NCBI GenBank assembly: GCA_033551855.1
Contig: JAWSUI010000018.1
Location: 1,078-65,077 of the forward strand
Direction of reading: 5' to 3'
Length of the DNA stretch: 64,000 nt
Origin: Deferrisomatales bacterium
Lineage (GTDB): Bacteria; Desulfobacterota; Deferrisomatia; Deferrisomatales; JACRMM01
Part shown: positions 55,907 to 64,000 of the stretch, piece by piece
How the letters are laid out: the number at the start of each line of letters is the position of its first letter
Numbering within the stretch: the stretch's first letter is position 1
Program-made: the position numbers and the translations under genes
The notes under the pieces: generated by a model
Told to the model about the DNA's origin: nothing
Database searches by the model: none
The model's input: only the letters and a program-made list of their open reading frames with translations

Positions 55907-57073
55907 ATGCGAAGCGCACGGCTGGCCGCACTGTCCTTCGTCCTCGCCCTGGGGCTCGCCGGGCCTGCCCTGGCCCAGGACGTCATCAAGATCGGCTTCG
56001 TGATCCCCCTCACCGGAGACATCCCCAAGGTAGGCGAGGCCTCCAAGTTCGCGGCCGAGATGCTCCGGGAGGACGTCAACGGCCAGGGAGGCCTCGAGGT
56101 CGGGGGCAAGAAGTACCGCCTGGACTTCCTCTACCAGGACAACGAGTCCAAGGCCGAGTCGGCGGTCACGACCGCCCTGAAGCTGATCGAGCAGGACCGG
56201 GTTCTGGCGCTCGTCGGCCCCCAGTCCTCCAAGCAGGCCGTCCCCGCGGGCCAGGTGGCCGACGACAACGAGACGCCGATGATCTCCCCCTGGTCCACGA
56301 ACCCCGACACCACCGCGGACCGACCCTGGGTCTTCCGGGCGGCCTTCCTCGACCCCTTCCAGGGGCCGGTGGCCGTGGACTTCGCCACCAAGACCTTCGG
56401 GGCCAAGAAGGCCGCGGTGCTCTTCGACCTCTCCAACGACTACTCCAAGGGGCTCGCAGAGATCTTCAAGGCCGACTTCGAGAAGAAGCAAGGCGCGGGG
56501 TCCGTGGTCGCGTTCGAGACCCACGGCACCAAGGACCAGGACTTCAGCGCCCAGCTCACCAAGATCATCGCGGCCCGGCCCGACTTCCTCTTCGTCCCCA
56601 ACAACTACAACCAGGTGGCCCTCATCGTCCCCCAGGCGCGCAACCTCGGGTACCAGGGTCCGTTCATGGGCTCCGACGCCTGGGGCTCCGCCGAGCTCAT
56701 GACCCTGTGCGGCGACGCCTGCAAGGGCCAGTACTTCTCCACCCACTACGCGGCGGCGGGGGCCACCGGGGCGACCAAGGATTTCATCGAACGGTACCGC
56801 ACCAAGTACGGCTACGTGCCGGACGACGTGGCGGCGCTCACCTGGGACGCCACCCGCTTGGTGCTCCAGGCGATCCAGGAGACCAAGGGCCTCACGGGCA
56901 ACCTGAAGCGCGACCGCAAGGCCGTCCGCGACGCCATGGCGGGGATCGCGGAATTCGACGGGATCACGGGCAAGATGCGCTTCGACGCCGAGGGCGACCC
57001 CATCAAGTGCGCGGTGGTGGTGAGGATCACCGACACCGGCGAGTTCGCCTTCACCGAGTCGGTCTGTCCGTAG
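55907..57073 (+). CDS. Branched-chain amino acid ABC transporter substrate-binding protein (LivJ/K-like)
   Basis: ATG at 55907 with a GGAGGG Shine-Dalgarno. Signal peptide: MRSARLAALSFVLALGLAGPALA. Type I periplasmic binding fold start: IKIGFVIPLTGD. Confidence 0.85.
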   Translation: MRSARLAALSFVLALGLAGPALAQDVIKIGFVIPLTGDIPKVGEASKFAAEMLREDVNGQGGLEVGGKKYRLDFLYQDNESKAESAVTTALKLIEQDRVLALVGPQSSKQAVPAGQVADDNETPMISPWSTNPDTTADRPWVFRAAFLDPFQGPVAVDFATKTFGAKKAAVLFDLSNDYSKGLAEIFKADFEKKQGAGSVVAFETHGTKDQDFSAQLTKIIAARPDFLFVPNNYNQVALIVPQARNLGYQGPFMGSDAWGSAELMTLCGDACKGQYFSTHYAAAGATGATKDFIERYRTKYGYVPDDVAALTWDATRLVLQAIQETKGLTGNLKRDRKAVRDAMAGIAEFDGITGKMRFDAEGDPIKCAVVVRITDTGEFAFTESVCP

Positions 57074-57220
57074 GCCCGGGAACGGACCGCAGAGGAACAA
57101 AGGCGTGGAGACGCCCCCACGACGGCTGTCGGGCGGGTGTCTCCGCGTCCTCCGCGCCCTCCGCGTCTCCGCGGTTCCATCGTCCCGTCGACGCCGCGCC
57201 GCACCGAAGGGAAACGGCCC

Positions 57221-58144
57221 GTGTTCGAGCTCCTGATCCAGAACCTCCTGAACGCCCTCCAGTGGGGCAGCTTCTACGCCCTCATCGCCCTGGGCTACAG
57301 CCTGGTGTACGGGGTGCTGCTGCTCATCAACTTCGCCCACGGCGACGTCTTCATGGTGGGCGCCTACATCGCGTTCTTCGTGGCCACCTTCTTCCTGGGC
57401 TCCTTCGGGGTCATCCCGGGGCTGCCCGGCTGGGCTGTGCTCGCCGCGACGATCCCCCTCACCATGGTCCTCACGGCCTGCGTCGGGGTCTCCCTGGAGC
57501 GGATCGCCTACCGGCCCCTGCGGCGCAAGGGGGCCAACCGGCTCTACGTCGTCATCACGGCCCTCATGTGCGGGCTGATCCTCGAAAACGGCAACCTCGC
57601 CCTCCTGGGCGCGAGCCGCCGGCGCTTCCCGCCACTGGTCGAGGAGACCGTCTACACGGTGGGCGGGGTCAGCTTCACCAACCTGCGCCTCGCGGTCATC
57701 GTGGCGGCGATAGCGGTCTTCGCGCTCCTGCACACCGTCGTCACCCGGACCAAGATCGGCATGGCCATGCGGGCCATCTCCTACGACAAGTTCGCCGTGC
57801 CGCTCATGGGCATCCCCATCGATACCGTCATCGTGTTCACCTTCGTGCTGGGGTCCTCCATGGCCGGCCTGGCGGGCATCCTGTTCGCCATGTCCTACCC
57901 GGTGCTCGACCCGTACATGGGGGCGCTGATCGGCTGGAAGGCCTTCATCGCCGCGGTGGTCGGCGGCATCGGCGACATCCGCGGGGCCTTCCTCGGCGGC
58001 TTCCTCCTGGGGGCCGTGGAGATCATGGTGGTGGCCTTCTTCCCCTCCACCTTCCGGGACCTGCTGGCCTTCACCATCCTGCTCGCCATCCTCTCCATCA
58101 AGCCCACCGGCCTCTTCGGCGTGGCGAAGACGACGAAGATCTGA
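57221..58144 (+). CDS. livH: Branched-chain amino acid ABC transporter permease (LivH-type)
   Basis: GTG at 57221. Sequence: LLNALQWGSFYALIALGYSLVYGVLLLINFAHGDVFMVGAY. Confidence 0.85.
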   Translation: MFELLIQNLLNALQWGSFYALIALGYSLVYGVLLLINFAHGDVFMVGAYIAFFVATFFLGSFGVIPGLPGWAVLAATIPLTMVLTACVGVSLERIAYRPLRRKGANRLYVVITALMCGLILENGNLALLGASRRRFPPLVEETVYTVGGVSFTNLRLAVIVAAIAVFALLHTVVTRTKIGMAMRAISYDKFAVPLMGIPIDTVIVFTFVLGSSMAGLAGILFAMSYPVLDPYMGALIGWKAFIAAVVGGIGDIRGAFLGGFLLGAVEIMVVAFFPSTFRDLLAFTILLAILSIKPTGLFGVAKTTKI

Positions 58145-58398
58145 GGACGGGGGACGGGGGACGGGGGGAGAATGCGTTTGATTGGTTCCATTGGTCCCAT
58201 TGGTCCTATTGGTCCTATTGGTCCTATTGGTCCCATGGGCCCGGCAGTCGGCCCGATGGGTGAGACCGGTTCGCCGCATCAAACCAATCAACCCAATCAA
58301 ACGAATTGAACCAATATAACGAAACCCCCCACACCGAACACCGAACATCGAACAGGTTCTCAAACATCGAACAGGTCCTAAAACGTCGAACAGCCCCT
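58145..58398. repeat. Intercistronic word-repeat hairpin between livH and livM
   Basis: In order: (GACGGGG)x3, CGTTTGATTGG plus (yATTGGTCC)x6, a GC-rich loop, AAACCAATCAACCCAATCAAACG (58281-58303), then CCGAACA/TCGAACA words running up to the livM ATG. Confidence 0.9.
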
Positions 58399-59412
58399 AT
58401 GAAACACCTCTCCACCCCCGCCGCCCTGGCCGCGATCCTCGCGGTGCTGGTCTTCCTCGCCCACACCGGCGCGATGGACCAGTACACCCAGACCGTGCTC
58501 ATGTTCATGGGGGTGAACATCATCCTGGCGGCGAGCCTCAACCTCGTGAACGGCTACATGGGCGAGTTCTCCTGCGGCCACGGGGGCTTCATGGCGGTGG
58601 GGGCCTACGTCTCCTCCGTGCTCACGGTGCTGCTCTTCACCTCCGACCGGGTCTTCGGCGCGCCGCTCCTGCCCCCGGGCTGGGCCTTGTTCGGCTTTCC
58701 GCTGGTCCTGCTCGTCGGCGGCGCCGCGGCCGCGGTGGCCGGGCTGGTGGTGGCGATCCCGTCGTTTCGCACCCGGGGCGACTACCTGGCCATCATCACT
58801 CTCGCGGCCAACTACATCTTCATCAGCGCCATCGAGAACATGGACACCATCGGGGGTCCCCGGGGCTTCATGGGCATGCGGCGGGTGGTCAATACCATGG
58901 GAGAGACCCTGGGGCTCCCGTGGATGCTCATCTGGGTCTTCGTCTTCACGGTAGGCACGATCTGGGTGCTGCGGCGCTTCGTCTACTCCACCTACGGGCG
59001 GGGGGTCTCGGCCGTCGCCCAGGACGAAGTGGCGGCCGAGATCATGAGCGTCAACACCAACAAGATGAAGATGATCGCCTTCATGCTCTCCTCCGGGCTG
59101 GCCGGCATCGCCGGGGGGCTCTTCGGCCACATCGTGGGCTACGTCAACCCGGGCTCCTTCACCATCCTCAAGTCCACCGAGGTCCTCGTGATGGTGTACC
59201 TGGGGGGCATGGGCTCCCTGAGCGGCTCGGTGATGTCCGCCATCCTCTTCACCCTGCTCCTCGAGGCCCTGCGGCCCCTGCAGATCATCAAGTGGATCGT
59301 GGTCCCCCTGCTCCTGATCGTGCTCATGCAGTTCCGGCCCGAGGGGATCCTGGGCAACCGCGAGTTCTCCGACGTCTTCCCGCGCCTGCGGCGCCTGTAC
59401 AGCTTCAAGTAG
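58399..59412 (+). CDS. livM: Branched-chain amino acid ABC transporter permease (LivM-type)
   Basis: ATG at 58399. Sequence: GVNIILAASLNLVNGYMGEFSCGHGGFMAVGAY and GDYLAIITLA. Confidence 0.85.
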   Translation: MKHLSTPAALAAILAVLVFLAHTGAMDQYTQTVLMFMGVNIILAASLNLVNGYMGEFSCGHGGFMAVGAYVSSVLTVLLFTSDRVFGAPLLPPGWALFGFPLVLLVGGAAAAVAGLVVAIPSFRTRGDYLAIITLAANYIFISAIENMDTIGGPRGFMGMRRVVNTMGETLGLPWMLIWVFVFTVGTIWVLRRFVYSTYGRGVSAVAQDEVAAEIMSVNTNKMKMIAFMLSSGLAGIAGGLFGHIVGYVNPGSFTILKSTEVLVMVYLGGMGSLSGSVMSAILFTLLLEALRPLQIIKWIVVPLLLIVLMQFRPEGILGNREFSDVFPRLRRLYSFK

Positions 59413-59599
59413 CGCGCGGAAGAGGCGTGGGACGGGATGCCAGGATGGACGGGATGAACAGGATCGGCAGGATGGGGGAACGCCCGTCGGAACCCCCCCC
59501 GCGGATCGAGGCGCGCGCCGGGGCGGCTTCCGGACCACCCCGTGAAGGGGGTCATCCCGTCCATCCCGTCATCCCGTCCAAGACCCCCTGAACGAGCCC
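59413..59599. repeat. Intercistronic word-repeat hairpin (GGGACGGGATG / CATCCCGTCC arms) between livM and livG
   Basis: GGGACGGGATGCCAGGATGGACGGGATGAACAGGATCGGCAGGATGG (59431-59477) faces GGTCATCCCGTCCATCCCGTCATCCCGTCC (59550-59579). Confidence 0.9.
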
Positions 59600-60367
59600 A
59601 TGCCCACCCTCGAGATCCGTGGCCTCACCCACTACTTCGGCGGCCTGTGCGCGCTCTCGAACCTCGACCTCGCGGTGGAGGAGGGGCAGCTCTTCGGGCT
59701 CATCGGCCCCAACGGCGCCGGCAAGACAACCGTCTTCAACCTGGTGAGCGGGTTCTACCGCCCCACCCAAGGCGAGGTGCTCTTCCAGGGCCGGAGCACG
59801 GCGGGCCTCAAGCCCCACCAGGTCACCGCCCTCGGCATCGCCCGCACCTTCCAGAACATCCGGCTCTGGAAGGACATGACGGTGCTCGACAACATCCGCA
59901 TCTCCCAGCACCACCGGCTCGGGTACGGGCTCCTCGACACCCTGCTGCGCACCCGCCGCTACGACCGCCGGGAGCGGGAGCTCGAGGAGTACGCCCGGGG
60001 GCTCCTCGAGGTGATGAAGCTCTCCGCCGTCGCCGCCGAGCTCCCCAAGAACCTCCCCTACGGGCTCCAGCGCAAGGTGGAGCTGGCCCGGGCCCTCTCG
60101 GTCCAGCCCCGGCTCCTCCTCCTGGACGAGCCCGCCGCCGGCCTCAACAGCTCCGACGTCGAGGAGCTCATCCGCCTGGTCCAGTGGATCCGCAAGGAGT
60201 TCGACGTCACCATCTGGATGATCGAGCACCACATGGACGTCGTCATGGAGCTGTGCTCCCGCATCACGGTCATCGACTTCGGGCAGACCATCGCCGAGGG
60301 GACCCCGGAGGAGATCCAGAGCAACCCGGCCGTCATCGAGGCCTATCTCGGGAACGCAGAGATCTGA
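59600..60367 (+). CDS. livG: Branched-chain amino acid ABC transporter ATP-binding protein (LivG-type)
   Basis: Walker A: GPNGAGKTT. Signature variant: LPYGLQRKVELARAL. Walker B: LLLLDEPAAGL. Confidence 0.9.
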   Translation: MPTLEIRGLTHYFGGLCALSNLDLAVEEGQLFGLIGPNGAGKTTVFNLVSGFYRPTQGEVLFQGRSTAGLKPHQVTALGIARTFQNIRLWKDMTVLDNIRISQHHRLGYGLLDTLLRTRRYDRRERELEEYARGLLEVMKLSAVAAELPKNLPYGLQRKVELARALSVQPRLLLLDEPAAGLNSSDVEELIRLVQWIRKEFDVTIWMIEHHMDVVMELCSRITVIDFGQTIAEGTPEEIQSNPAVIEAYLGNAEI

Positions 60368-61092
60368 TGCTCTCCGTCGAGAACCTGCGGGTAAGATACG
60401 GGGCGGTCGAAGCCCTCCACGGCATCTCCTTCCACGTGGAGGAGGGGGAGATCGTCACCCTCATCGGCGCCAACGGCGCGGGCAAGAGCACCACGCTCCT
60501 GAGCATCTGCCGCATCCCGCCCCCCGACGGCCCCCGGGTGGTCGAGGGCGAGATCCGGCTGCGGGGCAAGAGCCTCCTGCGCACCGAGGCCCACCGGGTC
60601 GCGGCCGAGCACAAGACCGCCCTCGTGCCCGAGGGGCGCCGGATCTTCGGCAACCTCACCGTGCGGGAGAACCTCGAGTTGGCCACCTACGCCCGGAGGG
60701 GGGACCCCCGGGTGCCCCGGGACTACGAGCGGGTCTTCGAGCTCTTCCCCCGGCTCGCGGAGCGCGCCAGGCAGCGCAGCGAGTCCCTGAGCGGGGGCGA
60801 GCAGCAGATGCTCGCCGTGGGCCGGGCGCTCATGTCCGGGTGCACCTTCCTGCTCCTCGACGAGCCCTCCATGGGCCTGTCGCCGCTGCTCAAGTACGAG
60901 CTCTTCCGCAACCTGAAGCGCCTGAACCGGGAGGACGGGATGACGATCCTCCTCGTGGAGCAGAACGCCAACCTGGCGCTGCACCTGGCTCACCGCGGCT
61001 ACGTCCTCGACACCGGCGACATCGTCGCCCAAGGCACGAGCGAAGACCTCCTGGGCAACCCGGAGGTCAAGAAGGCGTATCTGGGGGGGTAG
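60367..61092 (+). CDS. livF: Branched-chain amino acid ABC transporter ATP-binding protein (LivF-type)
   Basis: The ATG at 60367 overlaps the livG stop (TGATG). Motifs: GANGAGKST, LSGGEQQMLAVGRAL, LLLDEPSMGL. Confidence 0.9.
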   Translation: MLSVENLRVRYGAVEALHGISFHVEEGEIVTLIGANGAGKSTTLLSICRIPPPDGPRVVEGEIRLRGKSLLRTEAHRVAAEHKTALVPEGRRIFGNLTVRENLELATYARRGDPRVPRDYERVFELFPRLAERARQRSESLSGGEQQMLAVGRALMSGCTFLLLDEPSMGLSPLLKYELFRNLKRLNREDGMTILLVEQNANLALHLAHRGYVLDTGDIVAQGTSEDLLGNPEVKKAYLGG

Positions 61093-62347
61093 GGCGGAGG
61101 AGGTCCGGCTCGAAGCACAGGGTGGCGAAGTGGTCCTCCACCGTCTCGGCGCGGCGGATGCGCTCCACCGAGCCGTCGGGCCGCAGCAGGAGCTCCTGGG
61201 GGCGCAGGCGCCCGTTGTAGGTGAACCCCATGGCGTGGCCGTGGGCGCCGGTGTCGTGGATCACCACCAGGTCCCCCTCGTCGATCCGGGGCAGCGGCCG
61301 CTGCACCGCGAACTTGTCGTTGTTCTCGCACAGGCTCCCCACCACGTCCACCACCGTGTCGGCGGGCGCGCCCTCCTTGCCGTGCACGGTCACGTGGTGG
61401 TAGGCGCCGTACATCCCCGGCCGCATCAGCGCCGACATGCACGCGTCCACCCCCACGTACTCCCTGTAGATGTGCTTGTGATTGATGGCCCGGGTCACGA
61501 GCACCCCGTGGGGGCCGGTCATGAACCGGCCGCTCTCCATGAAGAGCCGGGGCACGTAGCCCTCCTCCGCCTCGAACTGCACCAGGAGCGACGCGACCTC
61601 CCGGCCCATCCACTCCAGGCTCAGGGGGCTCTGGTCCGGGCGGTAGGGGATCCCCAGCCCTCCCCCCATGTTGAGGAAATCGAACCGAAAACCAAGGGCA
61701 CCGGTCACCAGGCGCGCCACCGAGAGCAGCATGAGCACCGTGTCCACCATGTACTCGGCGTTGAGCTCGTTCGAGCACACCATGGTGTGCAGCCCGAAGC
61801 GCACGGCGCCCCGGTCCCGGGCCTGCCGGTACGCGTCCACGATCTGGTCGTGGGCCACCCCGTACTTCGACTCCTCCGGGTGGCCGATGATGCGGTTCCC
61901 CGTGCGCCGCGGGCCGGGGTTGTACCGGAAGCTCACGAGCTCGGGCATCCGGGGCACTTTGGCGACGAAGCTGATGTCGTCGAGGTTCAGGATCGAGCCC
62001 CCGTCGGCCAGGGCCGCCTCGAACTCCTCCCGGGTCGTGTCGTTCGAGGTGAACATGATCTCCTCGCCCCGGGCGCCCACCCGGCGGCTGAGGAGCAGCT
62101 CCGGGATCGAGCTGCAGTCGAACCCGAACCCCATGTCGCGCATGACGGCCAGGATCGCGGGGTTGGGCAGGGCCTTGACCGCGTAGAACTCCTGGAAGCC
62201 CTTCACGCCGGCGAACGCCCGGCGCAGCTCCGCGCCGGTGCGGCGGATGCCGACCTCGTCGTAGAGGTGGAACGGCGTGCCGAAGTGCTCGGCCGCGGCT
62301 CGCAGCACCGGGGCCGCGCGGTCCTGGAAGTCGCGGGACATGGGCAT
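61067..62347 (-). CDS. PLP-dependent group IV decarboxylase (diaminopimelate decarboxylase family)
   Basis: The ATG at 62347 follows GAGGTG. PLP-Lys region: FYAVKALPN. Also GFDCSS, GGGLGIPY, and VVGSLCENNDKF. The 3' end overlaps convergent livF by 26 nt. Confidence 0.75.
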   Translation of the reverse strand: MPMSRDFQDRAAPVLRAAAEHFGTPFHLYDEVGIRRTGAELRRAFAGVKGFQEFYAVKALPNPAILAVMRDMGFGFDCSSIPELLLSRRVGARGEEIMFTSNDTTREEFEAALADGGSILNLDDISFVAKVPRMPELVSFRYNPGPRRTGNRIIGHPEESKYGVAHDQIVDAYRQARDRGAVRFGLHTMVCSNELNAEYMVDTVLMLLSVARLVTGALGFRFDFLNMGGGLGIPYRPDQSPLSLEWMGREVASLLVQFEAEEGYVPRLFMESGRFMTGPHGVLVTRAINHKHIYREYVGVDACMSALMRPGMYGAYHHVTVHGKEGAPADTVVDVVGSLCENNDKFAVQRPLPRIDEGDLVVIHDTGAHGHAMGFTYNGRLRPQELLLRPDGSVERIRRAETVEDHFATLCFEPDLLRPTPPDTPS

Positions 62348-62499
62348 CGGGTCCACCTCTGTTGGGGTGTGGCGCAGGGGCGCGGCGGTGGAGGATAAAA
62401 CAGCCCTTGCCGGCCGCGCAAAGAAAAGCCGCGAGCCGGGGCCGCCTCTCGGCCGGGGAGGCGCCCGGTCGGGCGCTCGTCAGTCCGGGGTTTCCGGGG

Positions 62500-62648
62500 G
62501 GCCCTTCCGGAAACTCAGTGGGTCAACCAAGGGCAAGAACGATCTCGCGCCGAGCCGCTGGGGCGTGGAGCAGTTCTTTGTCGTTCCCGGCGCCTCCGCG
62601 GCTCCGCGCGAGAACCCGATGGTCCCTCGCGCCCACGGTACCGGAGGA
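62500..62648 (-). repeat. MITE-like intergenic element, copy D
   Basis: Reverse-complement alignment to 13004-13159. One end is slightly shortened. Confidence 0.75.
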
Positions 62649-62652
62649 CCAA

Positions 62653-62694
62653 ACCTCGAACCTCGAACCTCGAACCTCGCACATCGAACCGAAC
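62653..62694 (+). repeat. Heptamer array (ACCTCGA)x3 plus variants, abutting the tyrA stop
   Basis: The units read acctcga acctcga acctcga acctcgc acatcga accgaac. This is the same CGAAC word family as 40994-41029 and 54474-54510. Confidence 0.85.
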
Positions 62695-63813
62695 CTAAAA
62701 CCTCTCCACCAGCTTCTCGATCAGGTAGCTCGACTCCCGCATCGCCTGGTCGCCGAAGGGGCCGAACCACGAGGCCACCCGCCGGAACTCCGCGCAGAAC
62801 CCCTCCTTGTCCCCGGCCTCCACCATCGCCAGGTTCTGCGCCACGCTCTCCAGGTAGCCGCGCAGCAGCTCGCGGCGCTCCGGGGTCGCGAAGAGGATCT
62901 CCGCGTACAGGGCCGGGTCCTGGGCGAAGAGCCGCCCCACCATCCCCAGCTCCAGCCGGTAGATGGGGCTCGAGAACTCCAGGGTCCGGGCCAGGGGCAC
63001 CCCCTGGCGGCACAGGAACTGCCCGAAGGCGAAGGTGGCGAAGTGCCGAAGGGCCTGCACCACCCCCATCACCTCGTCGTGCTCCTCGGCCGTGGCCTCC
63101 ACCAGCACCGCCCCCCAGGCGGCGAGCTGGTCGAGCACCCACCGGCACGCCGGCTCGTCCCGCCCCGGGGTCACCACCACGATCTGCTGGTCCATGGTGG
63201 CGGTGGTCGGCCCGAACATGGGGTGCAGGCCCACCACCGGCCCCGGGTGGGCCCGGAGCATCGCGTCCAGGGGGGCCGCCTTCACGCTCGTGATGTCGGC
63301 CAGCACGCACTCCGGCGGCAGGTGCGGACCCAGGCGGGCCGCGGCGTCGGCCGTGGCGTCGATGGGCACCGCGAGCACCGCCAGGTCCGCCCCCGCGGCG
63401 AGCTCCGCCACGCGGTCCCAGTCCTCCCGCTCCAGCACCCGCACCTCGTAGCCCGCGGTGCGAAACCACCCGTGGAGCCCCCGGCCCATGCTCCCCCCGC
63501 CCCCCACCAGGAGCACCACGGCCCCGGGCCGGACCCCGCGCACCGCCAAAGACCGGGACTGGGCCACCCGCGAAGACCGCAGGAGGCGCCGGAACACGTC
63601 CTCCACCAGGTCCGGGTCGAGGCCCGCCCGGCGCCCCTGCTCCCGGCGGCGAGAGATCAGGTCCTCCTCCCGGGCCGGGTGGTACAGGGGCAGACCCCGG
63701 GCGCCCTTGAGCTCCGCCACCTGGGCCACCAGGTCCCTCCGCGCGGCCAACAGCTCCACCAGCCGCGCGTCCACCGCGTCGATCCGCCCCCGCAGCCCCT
63801 CCAGCTCGTCCAT
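62695..63813 (-). CDS. tyrA: Bifunctional chorismate mutase / prephenate dehydrogenase
   Basis: ATG at 63813. CM_2-type N-terminus: LRGRIDAVDARLVELLAARRDLVAQVAELK. Rossmann motif: VLLVGGGGSMG. The prephenate dehydrogenase body follows: HPMFGP, VVTPGR. Confidence 0.85.
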   Translation of the reverse strand: MDELEGLRGRIDAVDARLVELLAARRDLVAQVAELKGARGLPLYHPAREEDLISRRREQGRRAGLDPDLVEDVFRRLLRSSRVAQSRSLAVRGVRPGAVVLLVGGGGSMGRGLHGWFRTAGYEVRVLEREDWDRVAELAAGADLAVLAVPIDATADAAARLGPHLPPECVLADITSVKAAPLDAMLRAHPGPVVGLHPMFGPTTATMDQQIVVVTPGRDEPACRWVLDQLAAWGAVLVEATAEEHDEVMGVVQALRHFATFAFGQFLCRQGVPLARTLEFSSPIYRLELGMVGRLFAQDPALYAEILFATPERRELLRGYLESVAQNLAMVEAGDKEGFCAEFRRVASWFGPFGDQAMRESSYLIEKLVERF

Positions 63814-64000
63814 GGCGCCCACCCGTCCCCCCTCGCAACCGCCCCCGCCCCGAACCCAGAGCATACCGCATCGCGCCGCCGGCAGGAAAACACGAGGGGA
63901 CGTCCTTACCTTGTTACCTTTTTTCGGGGGCCGGCAGGGCTCGCACATGCCCTTCCCGGGTTGACGAGTACCACTGTTTGTGGCTTACAGGCAATACTGT

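Noticed and set aside
55787-58363. 858-aa ORF on the - strand
   Set aside because: It is antisense to livJ and livH and runs through the word-repeat spacer. No domains were recognised.

Overview
This is a 64-kb chromosomal window from a very GC-rich bacterium; codon third positions are almost all G/C. The gene content (futalosine menaquinone genes, hisZ-purA, class II NrdJ, PilZ, FlgM, PhaC) looks deltaproteobacterium-like or Thermodesulfobacteriota-like, but that cannot be proven from the sequence alone.

About 50 CDS are credible, and most are housekeeping:
- nrdJ (partial), an SNF2/SWIM helicase, and mqnC-mqnE plus a UbiA-type prenyltransferase
- fba, pncB, a Na/Pi transporter, and serC-like/serA/hisZ/purA
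- tRNA-Lys(UUU), ettA, phaC, a complete trpEGDCFBA operon, and glgP
- queH, a hybrid histidine kinase, a glucosylglycerate-type solute pair, alr, livJHMGF, and tyrA

Three regions look accessory:
1. A two-gene Hip-kinase module at 10.7-12.5 kb. Its partner protein combines a HipS-like domain with a HIRAN domain, there is no HipB, and the kinase has a one-base frame break.
2. A heavily decayed integrated element directly after tRNA-Lys at 26.2-28.2 kb. It holds fragments of an integrase arm domain, two PIN toxins, an antitoxin and a Rep_trans protein.
3. An adjacent, translationally coupled pair of unknown function at 28.4-31.4 kb: a DUF2868-like membrane protein and a DUF3482-like GTPase.

The most unusual signal is non-coding. 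Almost every intergenic gap over about 150 bp is filled with repeats, including gaps inside the trp, liv and gpg operons. The repeats fall into four kinds:
- Long hairpins whose arms are tandem 7-9-nt words (GGACGGA, TTGATTGG/CCAATCAA, CATCGAAC, CATCCCGTC), with a shared 21-nt core
- A roughly 160-bp MITE-like element in 4 copies
- An 85-nt two-hairpin module in 3 copies, fused to different partner modules
- Further shared modules and REP-like palindromes

The many long ORFs in the six-frame track that lie antisense or out of frame to these genes are GC-rich artefacts.
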